Shown here in pieces: positions 63,876-64,000 of a DNA stretch of 64,000 bases. Under the pieces are notes generated by a model. The model did not search any database, had not been told where the DNA came from, and saw only the letters and a list, made by a program, of their open reading frames with translations. Each line of letters starts with the position of its first letter. Position 1 is the first letter of the stretch. Source of the DNA: Anolis carolinensis (taxonomy: Eukaryota). Position numbers and translations under genes: made by a program. The stretch is taken from NCBI RefSeq assembly GCF_035594765.1, contig NC_085843.1, positions 246,241,971-246,305,970 on the forward strand, read 5' to 3'.

Positions 63876-64000
63876 CAGGCATGGGCAAACTTTTTTGCCT
63901 TGGGGCCGCATTGTGAACCCAGCCAAGAGGTCCAGGCCAGGCTGGGAGGGAGGGCATCCAGGCACATGCTCAGTGGGACATGCCTGGGAAGGAGAAGGTG
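63876..64000 (+). mobile_element. hAT element left end, same family as 906-1324, cut by the window edge
   Basis: CAGGCATGGGCAAACTTTTT...TTGGGGCCGCATTGTG matches the start of 906-1324. Confidence 0.8.

Overview
This is vertebrate genomic DNA, almost certainly from a squamate reptile. The Sauria SINEs and the RTE/BovB, L2, CR1, R4/Dong and Penelope repeats fit an Anolis-like lizard. The only host gene I can support is NMNAT3 on the minus strand: three coding exons splice in frame (24785-24893, 8046-8229, 2283-2392), the remaining exons lie left of the window, and a candidate CpG/CCAAT/GC-box promoter sits near 43.8-44.1 kb. The rest is a dense, often nested, set of transposable elements. The standout is a complete and very young Ty3/Gypsy (Tf1/sushi-like) LTR retrotransposon at 53685-59356, with LTRs identical by eye and one uninterrupted gag-pol ORF. 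Its sequence shows (i) an 11-nt self-priming signal in place of a tRNA primer-binding site and (ii) a canonical donor/acceptor pair that would splice out all of pol and give Gag a new C-terminus encoded across the PPT and into U3. Two solo LTRs of a different family carry a U3 reading frame with many synonymous differences, ending in an HMGN-like RRSARIAA motif. Penelope fragments carry decayed minimal hammerhead ribozymes. All calls were made by eye with no database searches; boundaries of old repeats are approximate.
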